Origin: Asterias rubens
Taxonomy: Eukaryota
NCBI RefSeq assembly: GCF_902459465.1
Contig: NC_047067.1
Location: forward strand, 4,588,001-4,652,000
DNA length: 64,000 bases
Reading direction: 5' to 3'
This document shows positions 35,747-50,400 of this stretch, piece by piece; position 1 is the first letter of the stretch; the number at the start of each line of letters is the position of its first letter. A program made the position numbers and the translations under genes. The notes under the pieces are model-generated. The model worked only from the letters and a program-made list of their open reading frames with translations. It was not told where the DNA came from and ran no database searches.

Positions 35747-38482
35747 GCCCCCCCCCCCCCCCCCCCCCCCCACAACAAAAAACCCAAACCCCGCCTAGCC
35801 TGCGACCGGCCGGGGAACTCTAAAAAAACAACTACAAACTCCTTCAAAGAGCGCCCTCTTTTGAAACATCGGTGCTTTCTAGCGAGATTCGTCGAAGTGA
35901 CAGAAGTAGGGGTGTTTGGGGTATTAGTTATTATGCACGTTATTTATAATGAGAACAATTTATTTTAGTTTCACACCCAATATTTTTATAATTTGCTATT
36001 TTTACAAGTTATTTTTTATTCAACAATACATTCTACAACAACTAAGCTACCACTCTGTTAAAGTTAAGCTACGTTTAAAAGTTTACCTAGAAACCAAGTG
36101 TAACGATCCAAAATGGTCACGTGACCTTACTAAGCAACAAACGATGAACTTGTAAACATATTTTGAAGTCTTCCTGCACTGGATTCGTGAAAATTAATGT
36201 AAGTTTTAATTAATTAAGCGAATATTGATACAATGGGAATTAAAGAAATAGATACGTTAATAATTAATTAATAATAATACTTTCTCTAGATCGGCCACTG
36301 GTTGGCGTACACTAATAATAGTACTCAGTCATAAAGAGGTTTCCCTTTGCATTCTTCGTTCGTCATGTTCGTCGAGCTCGCTCGGCGTCGAATGAATAGT
36401 TTGTGAAATCGGGCATTCACTCACACTTACACTACGGGGAGGGCCAGGTGGGCAGCTAAAATTGAAAACTGACGAAGTGACAGTTCAACGTTCAACAATA
36501 GAGTATCCTTACTCTATGGTTCAACCGACAACAGGCTTCATGACCAGATAACAGGAAAATTGTTCACAATAAAAAAATTAACGATTTAAAAAAAATCATC
36601 TATCCAACTTGTTTACAATGACACTTGCACTCGATCGTGTGTTGAAATCTTAAAAAGTTTGGGAACAATTTTTGAGTAAATAAACGGCGGATAAATTGGT
36701 GGCGACGTGCAGAAGATTATCCAAGTTTTGTTTTCTGTTGGGAGAGATAACCCACTAAAAAGCACTATTTACAGTTCCAATGCATGTACGACATTGGAGC
36801 GACGTCATATGTTTTCAAACCTTTCATTGGTTGGTATTTTATTGAATATTTAGAAGCTAGCATGGCATGCAAAATATAAAAAAAAAAGCTCATTCAATTA
36901 CTCTTACATTAGACAAACTTATTACATTTTTGTCCCAAGACATATATGGCTACTTCGCTTCGGTTAGAATCCGCAAGGCATGACAGTAAAACACCCCAAT
37001 CAATCCCATTGAAACACAAACACTTCAAAACAGTCTGTTTTCCCCCAATTTCAGACCAGCAATGTTTGGTTTCAGGAGTAAGAAACCAATCTGTTGTATT
37101 GTCTTTCTAATGTAGACATATTATTATTCACCCTCCCATTGATTTCCAAGATTGTGGGACACGATACCACCCATCATTCGCGAAGCTGCTGTAATTTGGT
37201 TTCGTAATTTGTCCTCTTATGACATTTCTCCGCCTCTTAAGGATCATTGTTTAAACCACAAAGCGTAATAGATGTTTAATTTGTTTGCATGCAGGTCGTG
37301 AACGATCCCCTGTGTGGTTTCCCTTCCCCATTGTTGTTTCTGAGTTCATTGTGTTTGTTGGTCATGCATGGGGCAGCATGCTTCCGAGCAACAGTAATTT
37401 GGTTTTCTTTTGTTACCCCTGACCCGCATGATTTGTCCTTGTTTTTTATCCCTTGTTTTTTATCCCTTATCGTTGTCTTTCCCATGGATGATGTTTCTTA
37501 GACTCATTTGAATGTTGGCATAATAATGCACTAGTGATGTATACCAAAAATTCATCATTTTATACATGTTTGAGCCTAACCTTCGACAGGAAACTTAATT
37601 CTCAGCATGATTAAGCCTGACGAAAATACAGACCGTGAGTAAACAGCAGAGCTTCTGTCACCGTTGGAGCTTGCACAGTCTCGCGGTAAACGGGAATCAA
37701 AGTTTGGGTTTGAAAACATATGAGGGTTGATAACATATGACGCTACGATAAACTAAAATAAAATTAAATAGGCCCTTCAGTACTCTACAGTATTTTAATT
37801 TATTCACCAATTTTTATTTAATATTAGCAACTTCTTGTTATTCTTCAGCTTTTATTGAAGCGTATTTCAGTAAGCAATGAATTGTGTCTTCTGAGCATGC
37901 GTACTCCACGTAAGCACTACCTAGACATTCTATGCTTTTAGTTTTACAACTACACAAGGAAGGGTAGGACCGGGGAATCGTGAACGTATTTGTAATGTAA
38001 TTGTAAGCGGGAATTCGGCAGTAAGACTCTAAGAGTAAGCAGAGCGTTGAAATTGAACCCTGGTCTGTCGCAACTACTGCTCGTGGTTGATTTTGCACAA
38101 AGGAAGGTTCAATTAAATTCCGGATAGTTGATTTTCTTTTCATGCCTACATCTTGAAAAAAACAACCCAAATACTCAAAATGGGGCGACTTTTTCAAATG
38201 GGCAAGATTGTTATATTACAAGGGTGAGCTTGTTGGAGGCAACTTTGGGGCAGGCGCGCTTGTAATTAGGGGGCGAGATGAAACGCATATTGTAAACTCA
38301 CGTTTACTACCAACAATTACTTTCTATTATCCACACCTTTCAAAGCTTCAAACCATGCTGAAATAAATTATCTGTGTTTTAAAATGGTGGAAGGCAGTTT
38401 TAAACCATGTTTGCTAATTTGAATCTATTTGTATTGTTCCTTAGAAAAAAACATTTTGCAGTTGACGTGAAAAGTGGTCAAG

Positions 38483-41400
38483 ATGCCTGCCAAGAAAGAG
38501 GCAGTTGCTCTTCAAAAGGAAGTGTTAAATCAAGAGCAATGGGACGATCTTATGGGAGGTGAAGGCTTATATGGTAGGTTACCGGTGTTGAAGCCATGGT
38601 GGGCGGTGCTCGGCGCGCCTGCCTGGGACTCACAATTTTTGCCCAGCGCTCTAAGCAAAATACATTGTGCATTGCCACTGTGCATTGATGTGAGACACAG
38701 CTTATGATAAAGAGTAGGCCTATCAAATGTCACAGTTGATGTTGATGTGGTTCCTCTTCAATATTTTTGACGTCTTTTTTTAAACCGTACTGTGGAGAAT
38801 CAATTTTTAATATTGTGAATTTTTAAATTAAACCAATATCAATTCAATACTTACTACATGTATACAGTTACAGGCCTGTAAGCAAGGGCACTAAGGCATT
38901 TTCCAATCAGTAAAATGAGCAAATCCAAAGTTTCTATTGTAGCATTTCAAGGGCACTAAGGCAATGAACACATTAACCGGGCATGGAGGTGATCCCCTTT
39001 GTTGCCTCCGTGAAGTATCTGACACTTTTAGTTCCGAACCTTTTGTTTGTGTTTGTTTGCCTAAACTGTCTTTACCTTTTGCCTATATTTTCTTTCTATT
39101 TTTCTTTCAGTTGTTGATGTCTACCAGAGATGGTGTGGTCCCTGCTCAGCTGTTATCAGTCTGTTTAGACGACTAAAGAATGAAATTGGAGATGATCTAC
39201 TGAAATATGCCGTAGTGAGTTCACTTTTTGAAAAAAGAAAATCATCATAGATGTTTATTTTTAAGTCCTTTAAAAAAATAACCTCATATCTGGTTGAAAT
39301 ATAATGGTTGTTTGACTCATTTAAATTGATCTTTTATGAGATTAAAAAAATGAGAATATTTTCTGAAAGAAACTTTCCTCCTCCCCATCAAGATGTAATT
39401 CTTTGGGGTCAGTTATGAATGTTCCTTTTGAATTTACACAATTAGCTGAGGAGACATAGCTGCCAATAATATGAAAATATCCACTCAGTGATCCTGAGAG
39501 TCCCCACGAAAGTGTAACAGCTTAGGACGTAACCTCCAGGACCAAGTCCGAGTCTTTGATTCCACAGGCCAGAGATATGGATGTGATTTTCAAGGCAAAA
39601 GCTGTGTCTCTCGAGGCCAAGGCCACGTTTGTACTGCTTGACGTTTCACCGCAAACCTAACACCCATTTCAGACTGGGCGCTCCAGAGTCGGGCGGAACT
39701 TATTTGGTTTGTCGCGACTCTGGCACACCTGTCTGAATCGGGTGTTACTAACTTTTTCCATCATGCATAGCCTTTTGTCTTGTCTAACATGATTTTAATC
39801 ATTACATTTTTTTTTCAGGCTGAGGCAGACAGCATTGAGAATCTGGAGAGGTACCGTGGCCACTGTGAGCCATGCTTCCTGTTCTATGGCAGTGGACAGT
39901 TGGTGGATGTAGTACGCGGTGCTAATGGACCGGCTCTCAACAAGTCCATCACAACCCAGCTGGCTAATGAGCACAGGGTGCTGGAAGAGGGGGCAGAGCG
40001 TAAAGTGGTGAGTACAAGGCTCAGTCACACTCTAAACATCTGAACTTGTCCTAAGAAAATCGTTAAATGGGTTTGGTTTTTCTGGAACGAATACACCACT
40101 CCGGGCACGCAAGTGTTGAACATGGCGCGCGCCATTGTTGCTGTGTCTCCAGTGTCTAGATTATACACAAAGACACAGCAGTTGTTAAACTTTGTCAATA
40201 GCTACCAGTTTTGTTTCGACGGATTGGTCTATAGCTTTGGCCGGACAATGTATATAATGTGACCCTAGTTAGTTGAATTCTGATAATGAGTTGGGTCTCT
40301 CTGTTAACAGGATGAACGTGATACAATTGGACCCTGTCTTTGTGCACACATACAACCAAATGACGCCCAGCTGCACTACATTTAGCTCGTCCCTAGCCAA
40401 GAAATTTGCTAAGCAGTATTGTCTGGTTTATGAAATTGGGCCATGAGTGGTTGTTCCAAATGTATCTTGAGGAATTAATTAATTTGTATAACTGCTGACG
40501 ATGCAGACATCAGTGATTGTTTATTATGTCAAGTCAGCTTTGAAACATTCATGAGAGGAGAGGATGGTGTACAAAATTGCGTAGAGAAAAAAGTTCCTTA
40601 ACATTAAAAAATGATCACACATGTATTGCAAAGACAATTAAGGTCCCAAGTACAGCGACTGATTCATCTGATAACTACACAGTTAAATTTTTCAAAGGTG
40701 TTTCTTTGTTTTATCTTGACATTTTTCTTGATAGATTAAAGATCCTCTGTTGATTGCCATGGAAGCTAAAGAGCAAGCTGCTGCTGAGATTGAGGCTGTG
40801 GAGAAACGCAAGCACGATGAAGAAGCACAAAGTAAGAGCCATACTTTATATCACCTACTTAACCAATTTTAAAAATCGACGGGACTCTATCAAGTTTTTT
40901 CTTTTCGCATATTCACAAAGACCTCATAGCAAAAACCTGGACGTGCGCTGTAGGTGTTGTGTGAGGTGCATGCTGGTCTAGCTAGCGCTCAAGTTTCATC
41001 TATAGATAAACCAGCATGCATCTCATTCCAGGGTTAGCGTTTGGGCAATGGGTACTTGCCAAAGGGTCTATAGTTACAACAGAGTCTGAAAGACATGTTC
41101 TGGTATTTGAGATACTTGTGATGTACAGATCATTTCCACCAACTCAGTTCAGTTCAGGTTATTTCCACTCAATCAGGGCCCAATTTCATGGTTTTGTTCA
41201 CCGACCAATTCTAGGCTTTCGATCACCATTCTCTGCTTACTGTGCAAACGCCAAATTTCTGCATTAGCTGTGTAAGCGAAGAATGCCTAGGAGTTATATG
41301 GTGTACGCACATGCACAAGCTAAAATTCCTTGCTAACCCGTGAATTCATGCCTGAATTCAGAAGCATGCTATGTCATGTATGTGTTAGAATTTGTATGCA

Positions 41401-44400
41401 ATTTATTCAACCCTTCAAAAACTCATTCAATTTACTCAACCCCTCAAAAACTCACCAAATATGTTTTCAATTCCTATGTTGAATGAACTTTCTTCTATAA
41501 ACAAATGTTCTTTGTGTCTTGTTGTGATAATATTGTGATAATACACTCTGTCCTCCTAGTCGGTGATATAATCTGTGGGGAAGAGAAGTGTGAGGATGTA
41601 TCCGTTAGGCCAGTCAGTGAGAACACTGTGCAGATATTGTTCTCTGATATTCAGGACTTGGGCAGTAGGTCTAGATCAGGTCAAGGTAGTAGTCTAGTTT
41701 AGAATTTAAGTTTTGTTTTCATTTTACTTGTTTTTTTTCTCTCTTTTTTTTCTAGTTTTCTTTTCTTTTTTTTTGGTAGGAGGAAAGTGATTAGATACAT
41801 TTCAATGTTAGGCTGAAGTTGTTATTTTGATTTTTGTTTTTTATTTGTTCTGCTACTTTTGTTTTTCATGTTTTTTCATTATTGTTAAAATTTTTACTTT
41901 TCACTTGTTTTTTATTTCATTTTTTTGCGAGTTTTTTCCCACTTTAAACTTTAAAATTTGTGTAGGGTTGTTATTATTTATTTGGCATGTTTGGCAATTG
42001 TCTACAAAAATACAATAAATGAAATAACACTCTTAAAACATTGAATGGAAAACATCACAAATAGAAGACAAATAGGAATACATCTAAAAAATAAAACAAG
42101 AGCAGGCAGTAAATATGGGATTAACAAAGTACTAACAATATGAACTGTTCTTTGGTGAACCTTGAAATTTTAGTTCATATTTTCTGTTGTTCTATAAACA
42201 ACTAAATAATCTTGAGGCTATTTAGTCCGGTTTCCTGTTTTTTGTTAGCAAGTAAATTTGAGCTTCATTTCATTTGAACAATTTTTGTTTCTTATTTGTT
42301 AAGTTGTTACTTTCTTCTAATTACTGACATGGGCATTGGGTTTATTTCCTAAAAATGTTCTTCTTGTACATTTACAAATGTAGTTACTGAGGATTTTCTT
42401 AGTGTACATTTAGTTACCTTTCAGTATGTTCTAAAACAGATTGTGTAAATGTGAGTTTGGCTGTTAAATATTAATTTATACTTCTTTTTACATCACCAAA
42501 GTAAAAAAAAAAACAATCTTAATACTCATGTTAGTTTATATATTGGAACCTAAATGTTGAGTTAGCTATTAAATATTAATTTGTGTTTCATTTTTACACA
42601 ACCATACTGATGTTTGTTGATATGTTGGAACCTATTTACGGATAACTTTTGCTCTTGAGAAAAATGGTTAATAACTAAAATGACTGACAACCACAGTGCA
42701 TATGCCATTGTCTTTGGTATTCTTAATTTGAGATGAATGTTTAAGATGATGAACAAATCTTGTCTTGCAGAGCCTGTACCCAAGGAGGTAACCGTTGTCC
42801 TGGTCAAACCTGATGCAGTCAAAGAAGGCAAAGTGGAAGAGATTATCCAGAAGGTATGAGAAGCGTGGCTTTAAGCCTGGTTAAAGTTCCTTTAAGCCTG
42901 GTTAAAGTTCCTTTAAGCCTGGTTAAAGTTCCTTTAAGCCTGGTTAAAGTTCCTTTAAGCCTGGTTAAAGTTCCTTTAAGGGTGCTATTAAGACCTATTT
43001 TGGGGGCAGTCACAAATTGTAAGAAACTAGTAAGCAATTAATGTGAACAATGCCAAATTTATCACTAAAAAAAATGGGGCACGAACAGTTAACGTGATTG
43101 ATGTTATACTGTTTATTTACTTTGAAATAATCCTATAATGCAGTTGGTGGAGAATGGACTAGAGGTCCTCGCTCAGGAGGAGAAGACGTTGTCAGAAGAC
43201 GAGGCTAGAGACTTCTACAAGGAACATGAAGAAGAGGTACATGAACGTTTCTCATACCATTATTTACTTCAAGGGCAATTCCATTTATAATCTCTTATCA
43301 GACAGCACAGAGCTTCACTCTTTGTAGAAATGACAGTGATCTTCTCAACCAGTTTCAAAATATAGTGTAAGTGTGTTTAACCCATACACTGTTCTTAAGC
43401 GCTGCATATTCTTTACTTTCCCGTGTTCTGTTAACAAAAATCACATGCATATTACTCGAAGGGATTCAAACCCATGACCTTAGCAATTCTAGAGCAGCGT
43501 CTTCAAGTAGACCATTGGTATTCCCGCACGATAGCTAGAGGAAGTTTTTCAATCAATTCATTGTCATACAATCTAATTTATTCAAGCCAATTCTCAACTT
43601 TCAAGTCATTTTTGTGTAAGTCATGTCAAGTCTCAAGTCATTTCCCCTCAAGTCAAGTCAAGTCCCAAGTCAATGAAATTCGCGACTTGAGTCCAAGTCA
43701 CAGACTCGCGTCAACAACACTGATCTATGGTGGTGTGATAATACCTTTCTGCATTCGTTGAATCTTGGATTATTTTTTGTTTATCCCACCAGGAGCACTT
43801 TGACTCCCTAGTGCAGTTCATGTCGAGTGGGCCGTGTCACATCCTTGTATTAACTAAAGGGGATACCGGTGAAGGAGTTGTACATGATGTCCGCAATCTT
43901 ATCGGACCTAAAGATGTGGAGATTGCAAAGGAAGAAGCACCAGAGAGGTAACCGATTTAATATTTGTGGAAGGCAGTGTACACTATTGGTAATTACTCAA
44001 ATTAATTGTTAGCATAAAAACCTACTTGGTAACGAGTAATGGGGAGCTGTTGGTAGTATAAAACATTGTGAGAAACAGCTCCCTCTGAAGTAACATAGTT
44101 TTCAAGAAAGATGTAATTTTCAACCAATTTGATTTCGAGACCTCAGAATTAGATTTTTAGGTCTCGAAATCAAGCATCTGAAAGCACACACAACTTTGTG
44201 TGACAAGGGTGTTTTTTCTTTCATTATTATCTCGCAATTTCGACGACCAATAGTGTCCAGTGTCTTTAAGCAGAAATAGGTTACCAACTTATTATCAAGT
44301 ATAAGTTGTTGCGACTGGTGTACCCCACTGATCTAGAGCCACTAAGGCTTAATGAAGGGTATTTATTTAAAAAAATTGTTGTCCTTGGTCAATTAACTTT

Positions 44401-47400
44401 CAAGCATTGATTCCTGGGAGATAAAATTGATTAATATAAATTGATTATTGATTATTTCCAGTTTGCGTGCTATATATGGAACAGACACGACAATGAATGC
44501 TCTCCATGGTGCAGACTCTGCGGAACGTGCAGCAAGGTATGTAGCTTCATCAGGATTGGTGCTTTGCTTTTAGATGAACAAAGCAACATTCACTTTTGAG
44601 AGGGCACCTCTTTTTGAGAAAAAAACCCCATTTGTATTGGAACATTTTCAAGGCCTTTAAGGCTATGATATGACTGAGGGACTACATATGACTTAAATGG
44701 TCTTGGTACTTTTTGTAGGACAAAAAACTTAGACAGTTTGAAGGAATGATGGTAGAAAGCTTCCCTTAAAATACAACTTGCTGAGGTGCTGTAGCTTTCG
44801 AGAAATGAGTAAAATAAGTCACAAGATAATTTTCGTCTCAGAGAGACGATCAATTTGTTCGCATGTAAAACGTATTTACCAGTTATGGTAATACACCATA
44901 ATTGATAAATATGTTTTGGTAACATACCATAACTGATAAATACGTTTTACATGCTAAAACTGAGGCAAAAAGTATTTTGTGACATTGTTTTATTAATATC
45001 TCAAAAACTACAGCACCTCAGCAAGTAATAGTTTAAGTTAAGCTTTCTATAATCATTATCTTCAAACGATAAATCTGTGGACATAGTGTTTTGTGTAACA
45101 AAAGCACCCAAATCCTCTAAGGATTCCAATGTTAAGTAATTGTGCATGAAACCTTTACAAAAATCAGTGACTTCTTGAATAGACCGTATTGAATAACCCC
45201 CCTTTTGCTATGAAAGTCGCCATCTTGTAGGGCAAACCGTATGTGCGTCCATACGTGTACACCAATGCAGCACGCAGCATTCCCGGTTTGATTTTTACGG
45301 CACAGACATGCACACACACAAGCACACGCGCAAGGAGGCCATGTTGTAGGGCAAAATTTGAACGGTGACGTCATATTCAAAACGGTCTATAGCGTTTGTG
45401 TGGAGTTTGGACTGTTAGGGCTAACAAATTATAAGGAAATGTGTTTGAATTTACATGTTGATGTATTTTGTTGTCCCACAGAGAACTATCCTTTTTCTTC
45501 CCTGGCTTTGCTGTTCCCATTGTACCTGGCACGGGACCACCTCCAATGGTCCAGAAAACATTTGCTCTCATTAGACCAGATGCTCTCAAAGAACACAAAG
45601 GTGCGTTAATTAATTTAAGAAAATGAAGCATGCACTGATTAGACAACATTAAATCATTAGACCATATGTGACCTTTCAAGACGAAATGAGCTGAAAGTCC
45701 CACTGTGCCATTTCCCAGTGGAGCCGGTCAAAGTCAAATCTTTCTCAATAGATAAGTGAGAACTCTCTTGTTTCCATAAGCTTTGTCGGTTTGGAGGATA
45801 ATTGTTACCACAAGTGTTATAGCTCTTGATCTGCAGAATTTAGAAATACAAATAGCTATTTATTTTTTTTATTCCGACTTTCATCTCATTTTGTGGTGAC
45901 AGGTCACAATGTGATCGTTCAAGCTGAATGAGCCGTTTGTCTGAAGTATTCGTATGGAGAAACAAGCCAAAACAGGCAAACGGGTGAAAAAAAAAAAAAA
46001 AATGTTTTGTAAATTTAAATATCAAAATATATCTTATTTTGTATTTGCAAGAGATAAATAACATCAAAAAGGGGGTTCTAACAGTAGCAGTGAAAGAAAA
46101 TGTGCTGATGTATGTTCAATAAACAACTCAACTTCATACTTTTTTTTCTCAGTTTTATTCTCCCATGTTCTCTTGGTGTTTCTACTTTAACAACTTTTGA
46201 GCTAAAGAAGGTATCAATGTGGAGTTTTAACAGCATTAAAGCATCGATTATGCTCTTTTCAAAAGTATCAACAAATTAAAGATGACCTGGGTTAGGCGAT
46301 TGACTCATTTTACCTGATCGCATAACAATGCTATTAAAGATCACAAAGGCACATGCATCATTTACAAACTCAAGATCAAACTTTTTTTTCACTGATTGTA
46401 CATCCTAAAATTTAACTTTTTATTCAACAAATTTTTCCCAGATGCGATCCTGGATAAGATCAAGGAGGCTGGCTTTGATGTCTGTCTCCAGAAGGAGGTA
46501 CAACTTAACGAGGAGCAGGCGAAGGAATTCTACAAACAACAGGAAGGACAGCCGCACTTTGATGAACTCATCGGTCATATGACATCGTGAGATTTTTGTC
46601 TCGTTTTAGTTTGTTTACTTTCTTTAAAGGAAATGGATTGAGATGTGTAAAAAGTTTGCGTAGTAAGTGAGGTAAAGGCACGAGACACTTTTGGTAATTA
46701 CTCAAAATAATGTTTATAATAAAAACTTAATTGGTAACGATCAATGGAGAGCTGTTGGTAATGTAAATTATTGTGAGAAACAGCTCCCTCTGAAGTAACA
46801 TAATTTTTGAGAAGGAAGTAATTTCTCACTAATTTCTCAGACTTTTTAAGGCATCTGAAAGTAAACAAATTTGTGCAACAAGGGTGTTTTTTTTCTTTTT
46901 CTTGCGACTTCGATGACCAATTGAGTCCAAAATTTCCACAGGTTTGTTATTTTATGCATATTTTGGGACAATGCCGAGACCAAGTGGGACCAAGTGAGAA
47001 TACTGGTCTTGGACAATTACCAAAGGTCACAATGCTTTTTACCCAACCCAATGACCTATACGGGTGTACAAACTCCTTTGAAAACTTATTTTTGTGCTTT
47101 AAATTTCATCTATGAAACTCATTGTAGGCCCATTTACTTCCTGCGCCATGAGTGTCTTTAAGACATACGCGTCGCATTATAAATGGCGTCTCTTATTTTC
47201 AAATGCAAAACTTTGCCAAAGGGCTAACAGTTGACCCTAGCAGAGTCTTTCCAAAAAGCTGGAAGACAGATTAGAAAAGAGGCTAATTGCGATTTTCAAG
47301 TTTGACACAATTATTATAATGCTTTTTGCAGGGGCCCTGTGCTTGCTCTTGGCCTAGCAAAGGAAGAGGCGATACAGAACTGGAGGAACATGCTCGGACC

Positions 47401-50400
47401 CAAGGAAGTGGAGGTTGCCAAACAAGAAGCCCCTGACAGGTTGGTCAGAGTTTTTGGTTTGTTAATACTCTTTTCAACCTCTGTGCCTGGAGCTTGCAGA
47501 CTTGAATTGCAAGTTCTTACTGGCTTTTGTGGTGTTGTAGCCAAGCAAGCAAATGTTCTTGTGACTCTGCTTGGACAGTGCGGTGTTGTGGGTTAGAGTG
47601 AGGAAAGTGTAGGTGCTGATACTAGTGAGGATGGACCCTCATAGTGCGGGGAGAGTAGGCCCCATGCCTACTGGGTGGATTTAAAGCCACAACCAGGGCA
47701 TTTTCTGTTTTGTTTCCCTGATGCTGGCGTTTCACTGATAATATAGAATTCCATAAGAGCAGAAAGATTGTTGGTGCAAGTGCTTATTATTAATTATTAT
47801 TAATTAACATTTATTTCATCGTTGCCCATTCATCTTACAATACATAGATTAATATTACATTCAGTTACACAATAACATGTTTATGATAAAGTAGGCTATT
47901 ACAATGTATACGCAATATAAATAATAGATTAACAACAATTTTATATGTAATAAGCGGTTGGACAACAATTAGGTTCAGGTGAAGCCGTGGCTTTTGTTCC
48001 TTAACCTATGGACAGACGAACACAAACAAAAAAACAGCACCAGCACATATTGTACAGACAATAGACTTGACAGACAAACACAACAACGGCTAATGTAAGG
48101 TGTGTTGAAAGATAACATAACCTAGGCAATGCAGAAACAGTCATAATCTATGAATATTAAAATTGATATGAGATCCATGCACCAAACAAAATTGAAAAGC
48201 TATGTTCAAGAAATTGACACTGCAGCACACAGTTCAAGTGTCCCTCCAGTTGAGGAAAATAATGAATGACCATGAGCAGTAGCCGCAAGGCACCCCAGGG
48301 TCAATGTATCTTTAAAAGCAATATCACATTTGATTTTTCCCTTAAAAATGTTTAGAACTTAATAATGAGGAATAGCAAAAGAAAAAGTAACCTGATTTTA
48401 ACTGGGGTGGATTTCACCAAGAGTTAAGACTTCTCTTATCTCGAGTTTGGACGAATTACTCGTCCTAACTTGGGATTAGCTGTACGTTTTTAATATATCC
48501 TAGGACTAAACCTAAGTCAGGACTAGTCCTAACTTTTTGTGAAATCTACCCCTGGTCACACAATTATCCTTGATTTTCAGTTTACGTGCACAGTTCAGTC
48601 TGACGGATTCCACAATAAATTGCGTCCATGGAAGTGACTCAGTAGAATCTGCTAGCAAAGAACTCAACTACTTCTTCCCCACTGAGCATACGCTAGCCGT
48701 CATCAAACCAGATGCCTCAGTCGAACACAAAGGTAAACCTGTCAAAGAATATAACAAGAATTGTTGACCAATCAACATGTGTAATGAAAACGGATGCAGG
48801 CCTTTTACTTCACGGAGGCAACAGAGATTATTGCTTCCATGCCCTCTGGTCATTGCCTTGGTGCCCTTGAAATGCTCCAGTAGAAATTTACAATTTCCTT
48901 GCCCTTTACCAAGGAGAAGCATACATGCCTAGCCTGTAGATGTTGAATGCTTTGAATATACATTTTGTTTTGGTTTGCAGAAGAAAAAAACCTTTAGTCT
49001 TACAGAAAAAGGCACTTAAGGACCCCTGGATAAGTTATGTCACGAGCATGAATGCACTCCGATGCGTCCCTAGCGATTGGTACAAGCTCAATATAAATAC
49101 CTCAAGGTGGAAATTGGTTTTCTTAAGGTTTTTTAAACCACTCAATATTTTGTGGAAAATAAAGTTCTGTGTATTGCCCCTCCCCACCCTCTAAACAAAC
49201 CAAAGCAACTTCTTTCAATCCAAAAACTGTTCAGCCTGGTTCATACTATCTGCAAATAAGAAAATGATATGAATCTTGACGCCACAGCCCTGTTTTCGCT
49301 GCGAGTGTTTCGCAGGAGTTGAGAACACTTCATTACAACTGATGCGAATTATTTGTCGCGAATTTGTGACGGAATTTTTGTATCGCATTCACATTCGCAG
49401 GAAGTATGAACCGGGCTTAACACATCAAACTACAATTTGAAGATGTTTTCTGAACCTTCGAATCTGAATTCTCCTCAATTGTTTTCTTCCAATCTTCCCA
49501 ACAGATGCCATTATTGAGCGTATTCATGAGGCTGGATTTAACATAGCGTGTCAGAAGAATATCGAGTTGGACAGGGACTTAGCGGAACAACTCTACAAGG
49601 AACATGAGGGCAAGGAATTCTTTGACAGTTTACTGGAACACATGACAAGGTAACAATTGTTTTCCTTTAAAGGCACTGGACACTATTTGTCATTACTCAA
49701 AAAAAATGTTAACATAAAAAATTTCTTGGTAACAAGCAATGGAGAGCTGTTGATAGTATAAAACATTGTGAGAAACTGCTCCCTCTGAAGTAACATAGTT
49801 TTTGAGAAAGAGGTAATTTCTACCTCGTGAAGCCTTTGTTAGGCATCTGAAAGCTCACAACTTGTGCAATAAGGGTGTTTTTTCTTTCATCATTCGCTTG
49901 CAAATTTTGATACCAGTTGAGTCAAAGTTTTCACAGATTAGTTATTTTTTGCATATGATGGGATACACCAGGTAAGAATACTGGTCTTTTACAGTTACCA
50001 AACGTATCCATTGCCTTTAACCGCTAGGCCATGACACGCCATGCTTATAGTCTATGTTCTCCATATGACCGTCTCTGTACTCCTTGGTCTGTCCTTCCTC
50101 TCAGTGGTCCCTCGATGGTCATGGTGTTATCCCGAGAGGATGCCATTAAAGGTTGGCGTACCATCATGGGTCCTACAGACCCAGAGCTTGCCAAGGAACA
50201 GGCCCCCGAGTCCCTCCGTGCCCTCTTGGGTAAGGACCTCTTATCGAACGCCATCCACGGGAGCTCAACCAAGGAGCACGCTGAAGAAAAAATCAAGACA
50301 CTCTTCCCGGAGGTTGAAATAAACAGTGATGGCTCACTCAACGGTAAGAGGATGTACTTTTCTAGAAGGGTGATGACTGTTTTCATGAAGGAGCTTTTTA

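Noticed and set aside
35093-35772. Long poly-C/poly-G runs (also near 13989, 16288 and 24309)
   Set aside because: Simple homopolymers with error-prone length; no further structure.
37676-38250. RFX X-box candidates (GTCTCGCGGTAAAC, GTTGGAGGCAAC) upstream of NME8
   Set aside because: Only half-site matches to the GTTGCCATGGCAAC-type palindrome; too weak to call.
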